From: Azolla caroliniana
Taxonomy: Eukaryota > Plantae > Polypodiophyta
DNA: 64,000 nt
Assembly: GCA_043228905.1 (NCBI GenBank)
Contig: JBHGNT010000010.1
Coordinates: 2,666,001 to 2,730,000 of the forward strand
Reading direction: 5' to 3'
The notes beneath the pieces are model-generated. The model saw only the letters and a program-made list of their open reading frames with translations, was not told the origin of the DNA and searched no databases. The position numbers were made by a program, and so were the translations under genes. Each line of letters begins with the position of its first letter. The first letter of the stretch is position 1. Positions 20,234 through 34,375 of this stretch are shown here, one piece after another.

Positions 20234-23200
20234 TCACTTGTCCGTTGGTCCTCCCGGACCCTTACCGGCCTCATTCTCTCCGGTTCCCGGCTTGCCGTCT
20301 CTGCCGTCTTGGTGGTTGCCGTCGGTCCTTTGCTCAAACGGGTTCTTAGGCATCGGTCCTCTATATGCCTTTAACCGGAATCCGTTGACCCATTTGCCTA
20401 GCACTTCGCCGGCAAGTGTCCCTAACTGGTAGGACCCATTATACTCCCGTGTTAGCCAATACGGTCCGGTCCATCTAAACCTTAGTTTACCCGGCATCTT
20501 GCCCATCTGGGTTTGGAATACTAACACCGGTTTGCCGATTGCGAACATTTTTTCGTTACCTTTCCTGTGCCGGTCGACGAATGCTTTCCGTCGCCGTTGC
20601 TCCAATTCTAAATGTAGGATGCTGGCCAACCGTTGTTCCTCCAGCTCACATAGCGCTGTCAACCTTATTGTCTCCGACTCCTTCTCGTTCAGCCGTTCTC
20701 GTAGCTGGATCCGTAAGCTAGGTACTTGAAATTCTACCGGCATGACCGCCTCGAGTCCGAATGCCAACCGGAATGGTGTTGTTCGGATGCTCGTTTTGTA
20801 TGCCGTCCGGTATGCCCAAAGCGCGCTATGTAGCTTTGTGTCCCAATCCGTCCGGTTCTCGTTGACGATCTTCCGAAGGATATTCTGGAGCGTCTTGTTT
20901 GTTGATTCCGCTAATCTGTTCGCCTGTGGATAGTAAGGTGTGCTTCGTTTGTGGACGACGGCATAGAAAGTCGTTAGGCTTTCCACTACTTGTCCGAGAA
21001 AGTGCCCCCCTTGGTCACTTATCAATTCAATGGGGCATCCATAACGGCACCAGATGTACTCATATAGAAACTTTGCCGTTGACGCAGCGGTGTTATCTCG
21101 TAAAGCTTTGGCCTCCACCCATTTCGTGCAGTAATCCGTAGCAACGATAATGTACCGATTACTCGTTCTCATTGCCGGTGGCTTGAACGGTCCTACAAAA
21201 TCCAGCCTCCACTTTTGGAATGGCTCGAGTGGTAGTACCGGCTGGTGTGGCATACGAGCCTGCTCCGTTGGTTGGCCCATTTTCTGGCATAGGTCACATT
21301 CTTTTGCGTACCGTACCGCATCTCTTAATGTCGTTGGCCACCATAGGCCACTTTGCCATATTTTTCTGGCCATCGCATCTCCGGCATAGTGACCTCCGAC
21401 AACTCCGCAGTGGGCTTCTCTCAGTATCAGTTCCTTTTCATTGCTGCGCACCGCCCGTCTCCATATGCCGTCCGCGCCCTTGTGGTATAGTGTGTCTTGC
21501 AGTAAGCAGAAATGTCAGCTTTGCACCGCCAGGCGTTTCCGTTTGTCCCGGTTCAGCTCTTCCGGAGGCAGTCTTGTGCTCAGAAACTGGTGCATAGTTG
21601 TGAGCCACTTGTCTTCCTGGGCCACTGTCTCATCTGCTGCCGTCTCCGTAGTGACTCGAAACAGCTCCGCATCCGGAAACTCATCCGGTACTCCATCACC
21701 CGTCTCTCCGAATTCCAATTGGCTTAAGTAATCCGCTACGGCATGCTGTATACCGGGTCGGTGGAATATTTCAAACTCGAACTCATGTAACAATAAGGTC
21801 CACCGGGCCAATTTGCCGGTGAGTGATGCCTTGGACACTAGGTAAAGGAGTGCCGAATGATCTACATGGAAGGAAAACTTCCTTCCCAATAAATAGTGCC
21901 GAAACTTTGTCACACTGTAGATCATCCCTAGGGCTTCCCGTTCCGTAGTAGAGTAGTTCCGCTTTGCTTGGGATAGCTTCCGACTGGCATAGTACACTGG
22001 CCGGTACCACTTTGGTTCCGTAAGCTGCATCAGTACGCTTCCGATTGCGATATCGGAGGCGTCCACGAACACGTTGTCGAGGTATTCCTCGCGGATGTGT
22101 GGAATGAGGCGGGACCTCGGGGGTCTTGTACCGAAGAGCAAGAGAGAAAGGAGAAGGGAAGAGACCCACTGGGTGCGAGCGTAGATCCACAGGGACACGA
22201 CCCTTCGACACAAAGACGCGAGTGGGACAGCGACACAGAGAGACACGAATGTATGTATGTATTAACAAAGACAAACAACAAGAACACGAAGTCGGTTACA
22301 ACCGAACAGGCCGGCGAACAGATGCCGATGCTTGTTCGTAAACGCACAGGAAGAAAGGAGTAGGTTGGAGGTGCTGCCGGAAGCACTCGGGCTTTCCTCA
22401 GAGCAGCGTTTGCCTCCCGAAACCTGCACAGAAAGAAGCTATGGAGTTTGGAAGAGAGAGAAGCCCTCGGCCCGCAATCCGACAGCACTTCGTCCTCTCT
22501 TACTTCGCGATCCCTTCCTCCTCCTCGTCTCCCTCCTTTTATAGGCAAGAAGGGAGCCGTTTCCTATTAACTTCCTACCTACCGAATCTACCTACCTAGG
22601 ATCTTCCATGTCCCTAATTCTCTCCTATGTACAACACAAGGCGTACGTGCATGAAGAGCCGGTTCCTATGCTCCGGCGCACCGATTCCGCTTGTGGACGG
22701 TTTTCTTCACGACAACGTGAAATTCTTTACTCCAATCCGGAGGCTGCACTACCGGTGCCTGCGACAATAGTACCTTGAGGGCCTTATACGCCCTATCCTC
22801 AGTGTCGGTCCATTGGAATGGTGTCCGATGTACGACGGCATGCAACGGTGTAGCCAGGTCGGCCAAGTATCGGAGCATCCGACTGTGCCACCGGATCTGG
22901 CCTAAGAACCGGCTTAATGCCTTTGCTGTTGCCGGTGCCGGTGCTTCTAATATGGCTTTCACTTTGTCCGGGTCGACTGCAATACCTTCCTGGCTCACAA
23001 TATGTCCTAATAAAGTTCCACTGGACATGCCAAATACACACTTTGCCGGATTCAAGCTTAGCCGGTACGCTCTACACTTTTCTAGACAAAGACGGAGGTG
23101 CTGAAAATGGTCCTCCTCCCGGCTATAGACGGCGAAATCGTCAAGGAAAACCTGCATAAAAGTCGGAATATATTCACCAAAGATTTCCATGATGATTCGT

Positions 23201-26200
23201 TGAAATATTGCCGGTGCCGTTTTGAGTCCGAACATCATCACCACGGCCACAAACACCCCCCATTCGGTGACGAACACCGTTTTCTCTTGATCGTTGGGGT
23301 GCATCCGGATCTGATTATACCCGCTGAATCCGTCTAGGAAGCTATAGACCTCGTGGCCGGTGACGGCATCCAACACTCCATCTGTGAACGGAAGTGGAAA
23401 CGCATCCGTTACCGTAGCCGCATTGACTTTCCGGTAGTCCACGCAAACTCGAATTTTTCCGTTCTTCTTCGGTACGACTACGATCGGGCTCAGCCATGTC
23501 GCTTTCTTTACCGGACGAATAAAGCCAACTCTTAGCAGTTTGTCAATTTCTTCCTTGACCTTGGCAGCATAATTGGGATTCATCCGGTACCGTCTTTGTG
23601 CCACTGGTTTTGCGTCCTTGCTCAAGTGCACTTGATGCTGGTATAACTGAGGGTCGAGTCCTCGCATATCTTCGTATGACCAGGCGAATACGTCGCGAAA
23701 TTCCGTGAGAAGTGTTATCATCGCCGTTTTGTCTCCGGACTTCATCTCCTTGGCGATGTGCACCGGTTTTGCTTCGTCCGTGGTGCCTAAATTCACCTCT
23801 TCCAGTTGCGATGCTTTTATGCGCTGTGACACGGCCATTTCCCGTTCCAACGCTTCCTGCGCTAGCCGTAACTCCCGGATTGCGTCTTTATTCGGTTCTG
23901 CTTCCGCCTCTTCCGGTTGCGGTAAGTATGGTGCTACGGCTTCGGCAATGTCAATTTCGAAGAGGGTATGATGTTCGGGTTTTCCTGCAGGTACTGAGCT
24001 TCTTCTTCGTCCGCTAACCCTTCTAGCATGTTGACGCATTCCGCATACAACGGTGTACATTCCTTGCCAGTGCTCGTCCTTGGCTGTGTTGGTACTCGTA
24101 CCTTGGCTTTTCCTCGCCGGAAGGTAATTATATTTTTTCGCCAATTCTGTTTGATATGTGCCGTTTTCAACCATGGCCGCCCCAGCAATAGCGGGTATGC
24201 GCCTTGTGCCTGTAATTGTAGCACTACGGCCGAGATGTGAAATGTATGACCGCCGACGGTGACTTCTAATTTCCGTATTAATCCTGTCGGCCGCACTGAG
24301 CTTGTATCGGCCATCCGCAACCAGAACGGACACGACTCCCACTCGTGGATTCCTAGGTCATCACACGTCCGGAGGCTTATTACATTTACACCAGAGCCTC
24401 CGTCTATAACTGTGCCAGGGAGTTCTTTCCCTTTTACAATGGCAGTGATTACCGGACTGCTGGTGTCTACCACTGTTGGGCCCTCCTCCGGATTCGAGAA
24501 GAGTACCGGTGCCGGTGATGGTTCTCCTGCCTTCATGGCCGTCTTCAGTCCTTCCGTGAATCTTGGCACGAGTTGTAGGAGTCTTCCTAGTGGTAACGTA
24601 ATCTGGCATTCTTGCAACGCCTGCCATGTCTCGTTCTCGGAGTGACTGCCGCCGGCAAGCCCTACGGTGTTCTCCTTTTGCTGCTGTAAGTCTGTGACAT
24701 TCTGCTCGTTTGCTTTCTTTACCCATTCCGTTGCTTGTTTCCGGATGGTCTCCTGTGTCTCCCATTCCTTGGCCATGCCCTTCGACCTTGTGGTCACCTG
24801 CTGCAGGTCTGCCACCTCAGGGACTACCATATTTACCGCCGGTTGTTTTTCATAGCTCTTCACCGGGCATTGGTTACTATAATGGCCTTCCTGTCGGCAG
24901 TAGTAGCAGTAGGCCTTCCGGGTATTGCTAGATTCGGCATTGTCTGTTGTACCCGGGGCAGGTCCTACGGTACGTGCGGGGTTTTGTACCGGTTGGCTAC
25001 TTGGAGCTCCTTGTTCCGGATCCCGGGGGTAGCCGCCTTTTTTAAAATGTCGTTTTTTGTTATAGCTCTTCTTATTACAGTACTCTTGACAGGGTTGCCC
25101 GTTATATCTGCCGTATTCCTCCCATTGCTGACGATATCCGGGGGAGTGCTCCCGGTCGTACTGTTCGTATTGTCTATTGTAATCCTGGTACCGATCATGC
25201 CGGTCATAGTTATCTCGCCGATCACCGTACCGGACCTCATTTTCCCATCGATCGCCATACCGTACATCCTGTGCCGGTCGGTCCTGGTCCATTCGCCGCC
25301 AGCGTTCGTCTTCTTCATCCCGGCTGCTGCGTGGCTCAATTTGTCGGACGGGCGGTGCTTGCCGATTCAACAGATTATACTCGCACCTATCCGTCGTATG
25401 GCTCTTGGATTGACAGATTACACATTGCGTCCTCATAGTGCATTCTAGAGCCGAGTTTCCGGAATTCAAGCAAGTTGTGCACTGTATTGCTTGCCGAAAC
25501 CGGAGGTCTTCATCGGACGGTAACGCCCGTTGAAGTGCTCACAGTGTGAGCCAGGAGCTTGTCTTTTCCATCTCTCTCACCCGGTCAATGACCTGGTCGA
25601 TGGTACTTGTGCGGAAGTCGATTACCGTGCAAGCCGTGCGTAGGGGTTCCCCGAGCGCGTTTAGGAATATCGTCCGTAATTCCTCCTCCGGGGGTGCACG
25701 GGCAAGCTGACTATGCATCCGTTGAAACCGGATGACAAATTGGGGAATGCTCTCCCCTGCCTCTTGCCGGATGGTATAAAATAAGCCTACCATTACGATC
25801 TGGTCCATCTCCTTTTGAAAAAAATGCAAGAATTTAGCTTTTAAATCTACAAAGGTGTTGATGGTAGACGGGTCTTGCGTCTGGCGCCATCTTGCTGCCG
25901 GTCCCTCCAATGTGACGCCAAACTCTGCTATCTTAGAGCGTTCTTCTTCCTCCGGTGTCAGTCGCTGGGACACATGATTGGCTTCCCATGTCTGTTCAAA
26001 GGCGTGCACATGAGCTTCCGCGTCCGGATCATCTCTATACTTGGAGTACTGGAATGGCATGTCGTCGTCCGGTATCGGTGCACGGGCTGGTAGTGTTGGT
26101 GCTCGTTCCGGAATTTTCTCCGGTGTCAGTGGTCTTTCCCGATTTGTTTCCGGCGTCGGTTGCTTCTCCTCTTCCTTTGGTGACGGAGGCCTCTCCTCTT

Positions 26201-26654
26201 CGACTTCCGGTGTCGGAGGTCGTTCTTCCTCTACTGGTTCCGGGGGTTCCAGTGTTAGCACTTCCGGTTCCGGTTCCGGTGTCGGTAAGGTATTCGATCC
26301 TTCGTCCTCCGGTCCGCCCGGGGTTTCGTTGCTGCTACGGTAGTTCGTGTGCACGCTGTATTCCCCTTCGGAGTCCGATTCATATGCTGAAAAGGCTTCT
26401 GCTTCGCCTTCTCCATTTGCCAACGCGTGGAGAAGGGATTCGGTTTCCCGGAGGCTGCTTAGGCTGCTGTTGTCGTCTGGGTGCGATGTTTGCTGTAACC
26501 AGAGGGAGTCCTCCGCTACTCTCCGGATTACGTTGGAAAACGAGCGATCTGCTTTAATTTCCTGCGCCGGTTGCTGGAAAGCCTCGCGTCTCCTTTGCCT
26601 TTCGGCAAGGCGTCGAGTTCGGTCTGTAACCAGGTCGTGCGTTGATGTAGACAT
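20234..26654 (-). pseudogene. gag-pol: gag-pol of E (Gag, two Zn knuckles, PR, RT, RH, INT), with premature stops, one frameshift and solo LTR B1
   Basis: CYYCRQEGHYSNQC, VIDGGS, FLDGFSGYNQ/FLDD, VDASD, GGHY/CDLC, DFVG-SDQG-LAE. Removing B1 plus one TSD restores the frame. No chromodomain or second RNase H seen. Confidence 0.93.
22075..22714 (-). mobile_element. Solo LTR B1 (640 bp, A-related group) in the RNase H of E
   Basis: TGTCG...CACGACA; TSD ACGT on both sides. Confidence 0.93.
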
Positions 26655-26689
26655 CCATCCGTGCCGTCGTTCACTGCAAAAACCGGAAT

Positions 26690-26700
26690 CGTGGTCGCCA
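26690..26700 (-). promoter_or_regulatory. PBS of E (tRNA-Arg-like, TGGCGACCACG)
   Basis: 7 nt inside the 5' LTR; matches the recalled tRNA-Arg(UCG) end ..GTGGTCGCCA for 10-11 nt. Confidence 0.65.
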
Positions 26701-26707
26701 AAAACTG

Positions 26708-27141
26708 TGTTAACTCTTCGGGCCGGACAATGGCCTAACACAGGGTGTCTACGGGAGACACTTCACCAAAGGGTGTTACGGCAACCGGATTAGACTTCAA
26801 CGCTTAATCCGACTTAATTAAGTTACTTATTAGGATCGTCTTTCATAACACGCGTAAGATATAACAATTAAGACAGAACGGCAATTAACACAGAGAGATA
26901 ACAACACTTAAGCTTTCATTAATTAACCGCTCCCTATTACATTGTATCCGGGCCTTTAAATAGGTTTCCGGTCTGTATTACAAAACGGTGCCATTCGCAC
27001 CTGTTCGGGATCGGTCCGGATCCGGAACGGCATACCGATTCCGGTCCGTCCGTCCACACTCATAGCTTAATTACAACCACATTCCTACTACTTAATTAGC
27101 TCTCCGTTTCCCACTCTGAACTCCTTTGCTGGCCGGTAACA
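26708..27141 (-). repeat. 5' LTR of E
   Basis: Direct repeat of 3641-4074. Confidence 0.95.
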
Positions 27142-27401
27142 GGCGGGAAGCGGGGCGTTCATATGGCTGAACAAGGGCCAACGGAAGAACGCGTGCTACG
27201 GAGATCGCGGCAGAGGACCCATCGACGGGTCGAATGAGCCTACGGGGAGGCGAGCGCAAAGGAAGACTCGAAGCCGCCAGATCAAACCGGCAGCGAGCCG
27301 AGATGCGGATCACGGGAGACCGGTTTCTCGCCGGCCGAAATCTCTCACCCTTCAGCCAGATTTGGCACGTACCGGTGGACATGCAGTTAGGTGGGGGCGG
27401 A

Positions 27402-28171
27402 TGTCGTGAAGAATTTCGGCCATAGGCGAAAACCGAGAAACATTGTCTACATCGGCGGGGTGCAGCGTGTGTACGCACCCATGTACATTTGGTGTGAATA
27501 TCGAGGGCGCCTTTATGGCGCCGAAGAGTAGTCAAGTCGGGACAGACGATCCCATGGAAGTCGGGATTAGTCCCACATTGTAACACATCCCTCTCCTTGT
27601 TCTATAAAAGGGAGGGAACGCCCTTTGTGAAAGGGGTTGCCCATTTTGGATTAGAGGGTATACCGGTAGGTTTAGGTTTAGGGTTCTTCTGCTTCTTCTT
27701 CTTCCCCTTCGTGTTCGTTTAGGGTTGGCTGCAGCTTGTCTCCTATGCAAGACCCCGCTCGGCGCGACGAGCCCGAGAGCTCCCCGACGGCGGCTTGACA
27801 GCAGACGACTGTTGTAAACCATCTTGGTCCGGCTCGAAGCCGGGAGTGTATTCTCTCTCTATATATATACATATACGTTTGCGTCTGTCTGTTTATATTG
27901 GCGTCTTGTTGGTGTCGGGTGCTCCACTCCTTCCCTGCGTTTCCTGTACATAAGGGCGTGAGTCGGGTCGGGCTGTGTGTGCGTGTGTGTGCGTGAGTCG
28001 GTGTTAAGCACGCTCTCTCTCTCTCGCTCTCTCTACCCCCTTCGGTTGCTTCCGGTGTGTTTCTGAGATGCCCCAGAAGCCGTGAAGCACGACTTCCTAC
28101 GCTCCGTCGCTCCCTAGTCCAAGACCCCCGTGGTCCCGCCTTTCTCCACGCACACGCGTAACAACGCGAGA
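27402..28171 (+). repeat. 3' LTR of element C
   Basis: Starts TGTCGTGAAG after the PPT; TATA (CTATAAAAGGG, ~27602); the end resembles the D LTR end (CAACGCGAGA versus CAACGCGACA); flank GCGT. Confidence 0.8.
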
Positions 28172-29904
28172 GCGTGCCGGGCCACTGCCTCTTCCATCAG
28201 CCTTTTCATTCCTCGCCCATCGTTTCGGTTCAGGGCCCTCCGGGTATCGCTGGCGTGCACCCGACCTTCCCACAGGTACACTACCTGGCTTCTCAAAGCC
28301 TCCGTAAAGTCCCCGCAGTCTTTCCGGATGTGGCCGACCTCGTCGCACCACATGCACCTATTTCCTGCCGGAGGCCGTCGGTCACGAGCCTGATCGCCGC
28401 CTTCCCTCTGAGCCTGGGCGATCTGGAGATCCTTTACCGCCCGTGTCAACTCCTCCAAAGTTGTTCCCCCGGACGAGCCTCTGACCATGCCGGTCGAAGC
28501 CGAACCGGTTTCGGGCCACTCCCGGGTCTCTTCCCTTCGCGCCTGCGGTATCGGTTCGAGCTTCCTTGGTGCGACAGGACCCGCCCCGGTCGCCCCTGTA
28601 TCAGCCCACTCCCACCGTTTGTCAAAACGGCCGCAGACTCTTTTTACCGCGGCCCAGTCGGCCGTCAGCCCGTCTTCGGTTTCCAGTAAGGAGCCCACTT
28701 GCTCCCGATCTCGTGCGTCAACCGATTTGACAAATAGTAGGACACGACTTGTGTCCAGAACGGTCCGATCGAGCGCCGAAAGGTGCGCAAAGCGATCCTC
28801 AAACTCCCGGAGGAGTGCCGACGCATTTCTTCCTTTGTCGGGGGACTCCACCCACTCCATGAAGCCTCGTTTCGAAAGTCGAAGCGTGTCATCCAGCCCG
28901 TATTTCTCCAGGAGCCGTCCTTCGAACTCCTCCCAGGTCCGGCTCTCTGCCCGGACCTCGAGCACCTCCGCATGGATGCCCTGCATCGCCACTCGAGGGA
29001 ATCCGGCAAGACGCCTCTCTTCCGGAATATCCCTCATCAACATCTCCGCCCGGTAGGACGCCAAATAACTCGTGGCATCCTTTCCACTGAACCGGCCGAT
29101 CATACCGACGATCGCCTCAATAGCCCTGTCAAGGGCGCCGGTGCCCTCGCGCGCGCTCACTATCCGGTCCACGGCCGAAGCCATGGCCTCTACAAGATCC
29201 GACCCCCTCATCTTCTGCTCCTCTGCCGCCTTGTTTCACGTCGGGTTCACCAAATATGTCGCGTTGCTACGCGCGTGTGTGGAGAAACGAGGCGGGACCA
29301 CCAGGGTCTTGAACCGAAGAGCAGGTGATAGGAGGGGAAAGAGAAAGAGAGAGACGACCGGTAACGTATGAGCAAAGAAACACAGGGACACGGCCCATCA
29401 ACGCAGAAAACACGAATGGACACAGAGACAGAGAGACACGAATGTTTGTATATTAACAAATGACACAAAACAACAGAGCACGCGAGCGATTACAACCGAC
29501 CAGGCCGGCGAACAGATGCCGATGCCTGTTCATCTACGCACGAAAGGGGATAGGATGGAGGTGCTGCCAGAAGCACACGAGCGTTCCTCGAAGCAGCGTG
29601 AGCCTCCCGAAATCCTGCAGAGAAGAGCGATGGAGAATGAACAGAGGAGAAGCGTTCGGTTACGGTTCGACAACACTTCGTCCTCCTCAATGCGCGATTC
29701 TTTCTCCCCTGCGTCTCCCTCTCCTTTATAGCGTCAAGAAGGGAGCCGTCTCCCTCATTTACTTCCTACCTACCGAATCTAACTACCCAGGATATATCTA
29801 TGTACCTAATTCCCTATTATATACATTAAGGGCGCGCACGCGTAAAGAGCCGGTTCACACGCGCTATGCACCGATTGCGCGAAGGGACGGTTTTCTTCAC
29901 GACA
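28172..29904 (-). mobile_element. Element D: 5' part (LTR 29257-29904, PBS-Trp 29235-29252, gag 5' half) of an A-like element, cut by C
   Basis: ORF 28114..29211 is a close paralogue of A gag up to EEAVARHA; identical PBS; flank GCGG. Confidence 0.9.
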
Positions 29905-31806
29905 GCGGACCGCAAGAACCTCCAAGCAATCAAAGCATATCTCGGCCAAGTCCAAAGATGGACAAAGGGAAAGCCAAAATGCTGGAATATGAAGAGGATG
30001 ACAATGAATCGACTCACTCACTCAATAGTGAGTTCGATGGCTTTGATATGCCTCTTTTGAGGTCACCCGGAGTTAAGAAGGCACTTACATCTACAAACGA
30101 AAACCTTCGTCGCTCCACCTGTGAGAAGAATCCTGTTAGCCGATTTGACTACAATGATTATATGGCATACCATTATGCCTTTATGATGAAGGTGGCAGCA
30201 GTTCGAGAATTGCAGAGCTTTACCGAAGCCGCTAAAGATCCACGATGGGTCGAAGCGATGAACGAGGAGATGCAAGCTCTCAAAAAGAACGAGACATGGG
30301 ATCTTGTCCCACACTCACACTAGAAGAAGGCAATCGGCTGCAGATGGATATACGAAGTGAAGTATAATGCCGACGGTTCCGCCAACCGCTACAAACCTCG
30401 ACTCGTAGAAAAGGGCTACGCACAAACACATGGAGTTGATTATGAAGAGTCAATCCGACAATTCTCTCTATGTAAGAAGCGATTCCGAAAGTCCAATCGT
30501 CATCATCCTGTACATGGATGATTTGGTCATTGGAGGTGAGCATCTAGTCGACATCAACAAGGTCAAATCCCTCCTTTCCAACAAATTCGAGATGACGGAC
30601 ATGAAAGAGCTCCACTACTTCTTTGGCATCGAGGTAATTCGAACTCTAGCCGGGATTATGATCTCCCAATGGCACTACATTCTCAACTTGTTATACAAGT
30701 TCGGGATGACTGAGTGCAAGTCTGTGGCAACACCTCTCGATCGAAACCTCAAACTAGATGCCAATTCTGGCACCACAGAGTGTGAGCCGACTCAGTATTG
30801 ACAACTAATCGGTAGTCTTATCTACCTCACGATCACTCGACCTGACTTGAGCTATCCGGTCGGCCTTCTTAGCTAGTTCATGCAAACGCCACGAGATATC
30901 CATTTGGATTGTGCTAAGAGAGTGCTACGATACATGAGCGGAACGATGGACTATGGCATTCTCTATAAGTCGGCCACGCCAATTCAACTCGAGGGGTACA
31001 CAGATGCCGACTGGGCAGGTTACAAAGCTGACCGATGATCAACCTCTAGTTTTGTCTTCTCCCTCGGAATTGGAGCCATCTCTTGGAGCAGCAAGAAGCA
31101 ACCAATCGTCGCTCTTTCGAGCATAGAGGCCGAATATAGGGGCACGGCGGTGGCTGCATGTGAAGCCGTATGGCTTAAGAGGATATTGAAGGATCTGAGC
31201 GTTCCCATCAAAGATCCAATTCCCCTTTACTACGACAACATGAGCAATATTTATCTAGCTCGGAACACGGTGTTCCACGCACGCACGAAGCATATCGAAG
31301 TGCATTATCACTTCATTCGAGAGCGCGTTCAGGCTGGCAATGTCGACCTTCAAGATATCACTACGGTGTCGTGATGTTGCAGGTCCAGTGGGAGAAAAAG
31401 TGAAAAAGTGTGGTTCCATGCACATTACACAAATACTTGTAAAAATGAAAATAAATCAATTATAAATAATCCTAGGGCCTAATGGCATTGAGTGCGTATA
31501 AAGGGGTGCAAGTAAGATTTGAACCTTGCACCTCCAAGATAGGAGGCAATTAGCTTACCACTAAAGCTACTACTAAGTGCTTTAGATTTTGTATATTTCC
31601 TTGTCATATTCAGTATTCCATAGGAAACAAACGTACAAAACCGTGTGCACAAAACCATGGATTTAAGCCCATGGTTTTATGCATGTCATAAGCAAAACCA
31701 TGTGCACAAAACCATGGTTTTAGCCCATGGTTTTGTACATGTCACAAGCATGCAGAGACCTATAAAAGCCTCGAGTTGGGCTTGTGTAAGGGGGGTCAAT
31801 TTGGAG

Positions 31807-31837
<31 letters not shown>

Positions 31838-32087
31838 ATAATAATATAATACTCTTCTTATTCTTCTTCTTGATATCTATTTTCTTCTCAAGTATAAAAA
31901 TCTTCAATCTTCTGAAGTGTGACATTAGTTTCCTCGACTCCTACATACACATCGTCATCTTTTCGACAATTTCGTGAACATCCTCCCCGGTTCGGGACCC
32001 TGGTGGTCCCGCTTCATTTTGTGAACATGCTAGGATTTCCTCGACATCTTACTTGGTGAACCCGACGTAAAGAGCGGAAGGGGAGGA

Positions 32088-33941
32088 TGAAGATGGACGA
32101 GGAATATCTCATGGAGGCAATGTCAAAGATGATAATGGAATATTGGAGAGAGGGGAAAAGATGAGATGTGGCCCAACAAGTCATCGAAAGCGTGGTCGAG
32201 CGAGTCGGCTATTTCCACGGGGGCATAGTCCAAAATTTTCTAGAAACCTACAATGCCAAGATGGATTCAAGAGGTGTGAATGAAGCTATGAGACTAGAGT
32301 ACTTTTGTCAGGTGGTGGCTGAACCGAACTACAAAGAGGTAAAAGAGCTTCGAGACACTCATGATTCGTGGGTGACTTTCAAGGAGGCTCCATTGGAGGC
32401 ATATGGCTATGGGAGACCGAAGGGACAAAGTTTGTACAAGTTCGACCAATGGGTGTCATCAATGAAGACCCACCGGAGTGCCATGGATGCGTTCGTTGAG
32501 TTTGAGTGTCACTTTGCTCAACTCTCAAAGCGGGATCGAAGTTGGTGGGGTTGAATAAAGTTCTACTATTTGTAAAGTCAATCAATCGATATGAAAGGAA
32601 GGCCATTGGAATCCAACTCGAGGATGACAATGGTGCAAATGGCCTCATCGAGGATTGGGCTAGAGTGGAAAGGTATGCCGACAACACGACGAGAGGAATA
32701 TGAGATTCTCGTCGACAACAACACGACGGGATGTGGCAATACACCATCACCGAAGGAAGAAAGCTCGAAGAAGGAAGATTCGATACTCAACATAGAATTC
32801 TTTATGAGAGAGGCATTCGAGAACTTAAAGGCGCAAGTTGAGGCTGAAGAGAAGCTTCAAAAGTTGCAAAAACTGAAGTAGATGGTGATCGAGGAAGAAG
32901 AGACCTCCCGACGAATGCGGGTTAATGAAGTGGCCAAGATGAATGCCCAAGTTCAGTATCATGATGGTACCTCGAGAGAAGGTGTAGAACAAGACACCTT
33001 CTCTTCTTGCAAAGAAACAACGATGAAGAATGAAACCAATGAATTGAGGACGGGGAACGCCACTTCAAGCGAGGACAAATGTTTCGGAACACGCATCATG
33101 TCTAAAACATCGAGTAATGAAGGTGCAAGCATGATCGAAGCTTGCGTGATCGAGGGATGTAAAGAGTGTGAGGTTGATGTGATTGAGGTGGTAGCCACAA
33201 GGAACGACATCGAGTCGTAGATGGCTATGGATGAGTCCACCGTAGATGACCGTGTCGAGGCTTTCCCAACACTTGATCTAGAGACTTGGGCAGTTGCGTC
33301 CGAGAGCCAACATGAGACCCAAGAGACAGAAAGTGGTGGGGAAGCAAATATTGAAGACAATGCGAATAACAACATTGAGCAAAAGATGGCCATGGATGAG
33401 AAGACGGTGATCGATGGTGCCGAGGTTCTCCTCACAATTGTTCATGAGACTTCGACAGTTGTGCTTGATTGCCAACATGAGAACGGAGAGACGGAAGGTG
33501 GCGACAAGAAATTGAAGGACCAAAACTGCGATGAGGACGACGAGGTGAATGACCACAAACGAAGGGATCCCTCCACACTGGTTCCGGAGACTTCGGTAGT
33601 TGTGTCTGAGAGCCAACATAAGACTGGAGAGATGGAAGGTGGCAGTGAGGAGATGAGGGTCGAAGCTAGCGCATACGGAGGAACGGTGGCTAATAAGGAG
33701 GATAAGAACAAAGCTACAATAGAGTTCGATGAAGAGCCAAAGAGTGGAAAGAAAGGAAGAACCGGAAGACAACCCGGATGGAAGCTGACGCGGTTGGTAT
33801 TCCGACCTGAACGGAAGCCGACCCGGATGAGAGTTGATCAACTAGGCCTGACCCAACCGAAAACCGGACGGAAACGAATCCGGATGGAAGTCGATCATCT
33901 GAGTTTGATTCTGCCGAATGCGAATCCAGACGAAGGCCGAC
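32088..33941 (+). pseudogene. Gag-like ORF of F with an acidic, internally repeated C-terminus
   Basis: N-terminus aligns by eye with A gag (VVERVGYFHG, KVLLFVKS, GLIEDWARV); ORFs 32591, 32882 and 33221 are contiguous in one frame. Confidence 0.7.
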
Positions 33942-34011
33942 TGTAAAGAATCGATGGTGATTCTTGTGCAGAGGAATAGACTAGAGATATGTGTTGTGAG
34001 TGTGTGTGTAT

Positions 34012-34077
<66 letters not shown>

Positions 34078-34375
34078 CAAGATAGATAGATTTGAACAAG
34101 AATAGAATACTCAAGACAATGTATATTACAAAGGAGATTAACCGAACTTGTTACAAAGTAGGAGGAGAGTGCTTTATATAGTCACTCTCTCTCTTCATTA
34201 ACTACCGACGCTCATGGGTCATGGGGAATGTGAAAGCTCATTAGTTATGTGTCATAGAATATGATTCTATGACACATAGTTAATGTGTAGATAAGAGTGG
34301 TGACTTTTGACCTTTGAGTGCACACTCTCAAGGGTGTGTTCACACACTAGACTAGGTTGAGCTTGATTCTCAACA
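33942..34375 (-). mobile_element. Solo LTR of Copia family G
   Basis: Reverse complement of the G LTR; TSD CCGAC on both sides. Confidence 0.95.

Larger units (their letters stand above)
3641..27141 (-). mobile_element. Element E: full-length non-chromovirus Ty3/Gypsy retrotransposon hosting H1, A2 and solo LTR B1
   Basis: 434-bp LTRs at 3641-4074 and 26708-27141; 5-bp TSD GGCGG (3636-3640 and 27142-27146); gag-PR-RT-RH-INT on the minus strand plus an extra 3' ORF. Confidence 0.95.
2846..28171 (+). mobile_element. Element C: 3' part of an A-group element with a non-coding internal region (2846-3640 plus 27147-27401), split by element E
   Basis: The two internal pieces rejoin across TSD GGCGG, followed by the same PPT as family A (TTAGGTGGGGGCGGA) and an LTR starting TGTCGTGAAG. 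No pol similarity seen. Confidence 0.75.

Noticed and set aside
23934-23990. Programmed frameshift between PR and RT in E
   Set aside because: No slippery motif seen; ENPNIIP and LFEIDIAE join by a single indel in an element with other lesions.
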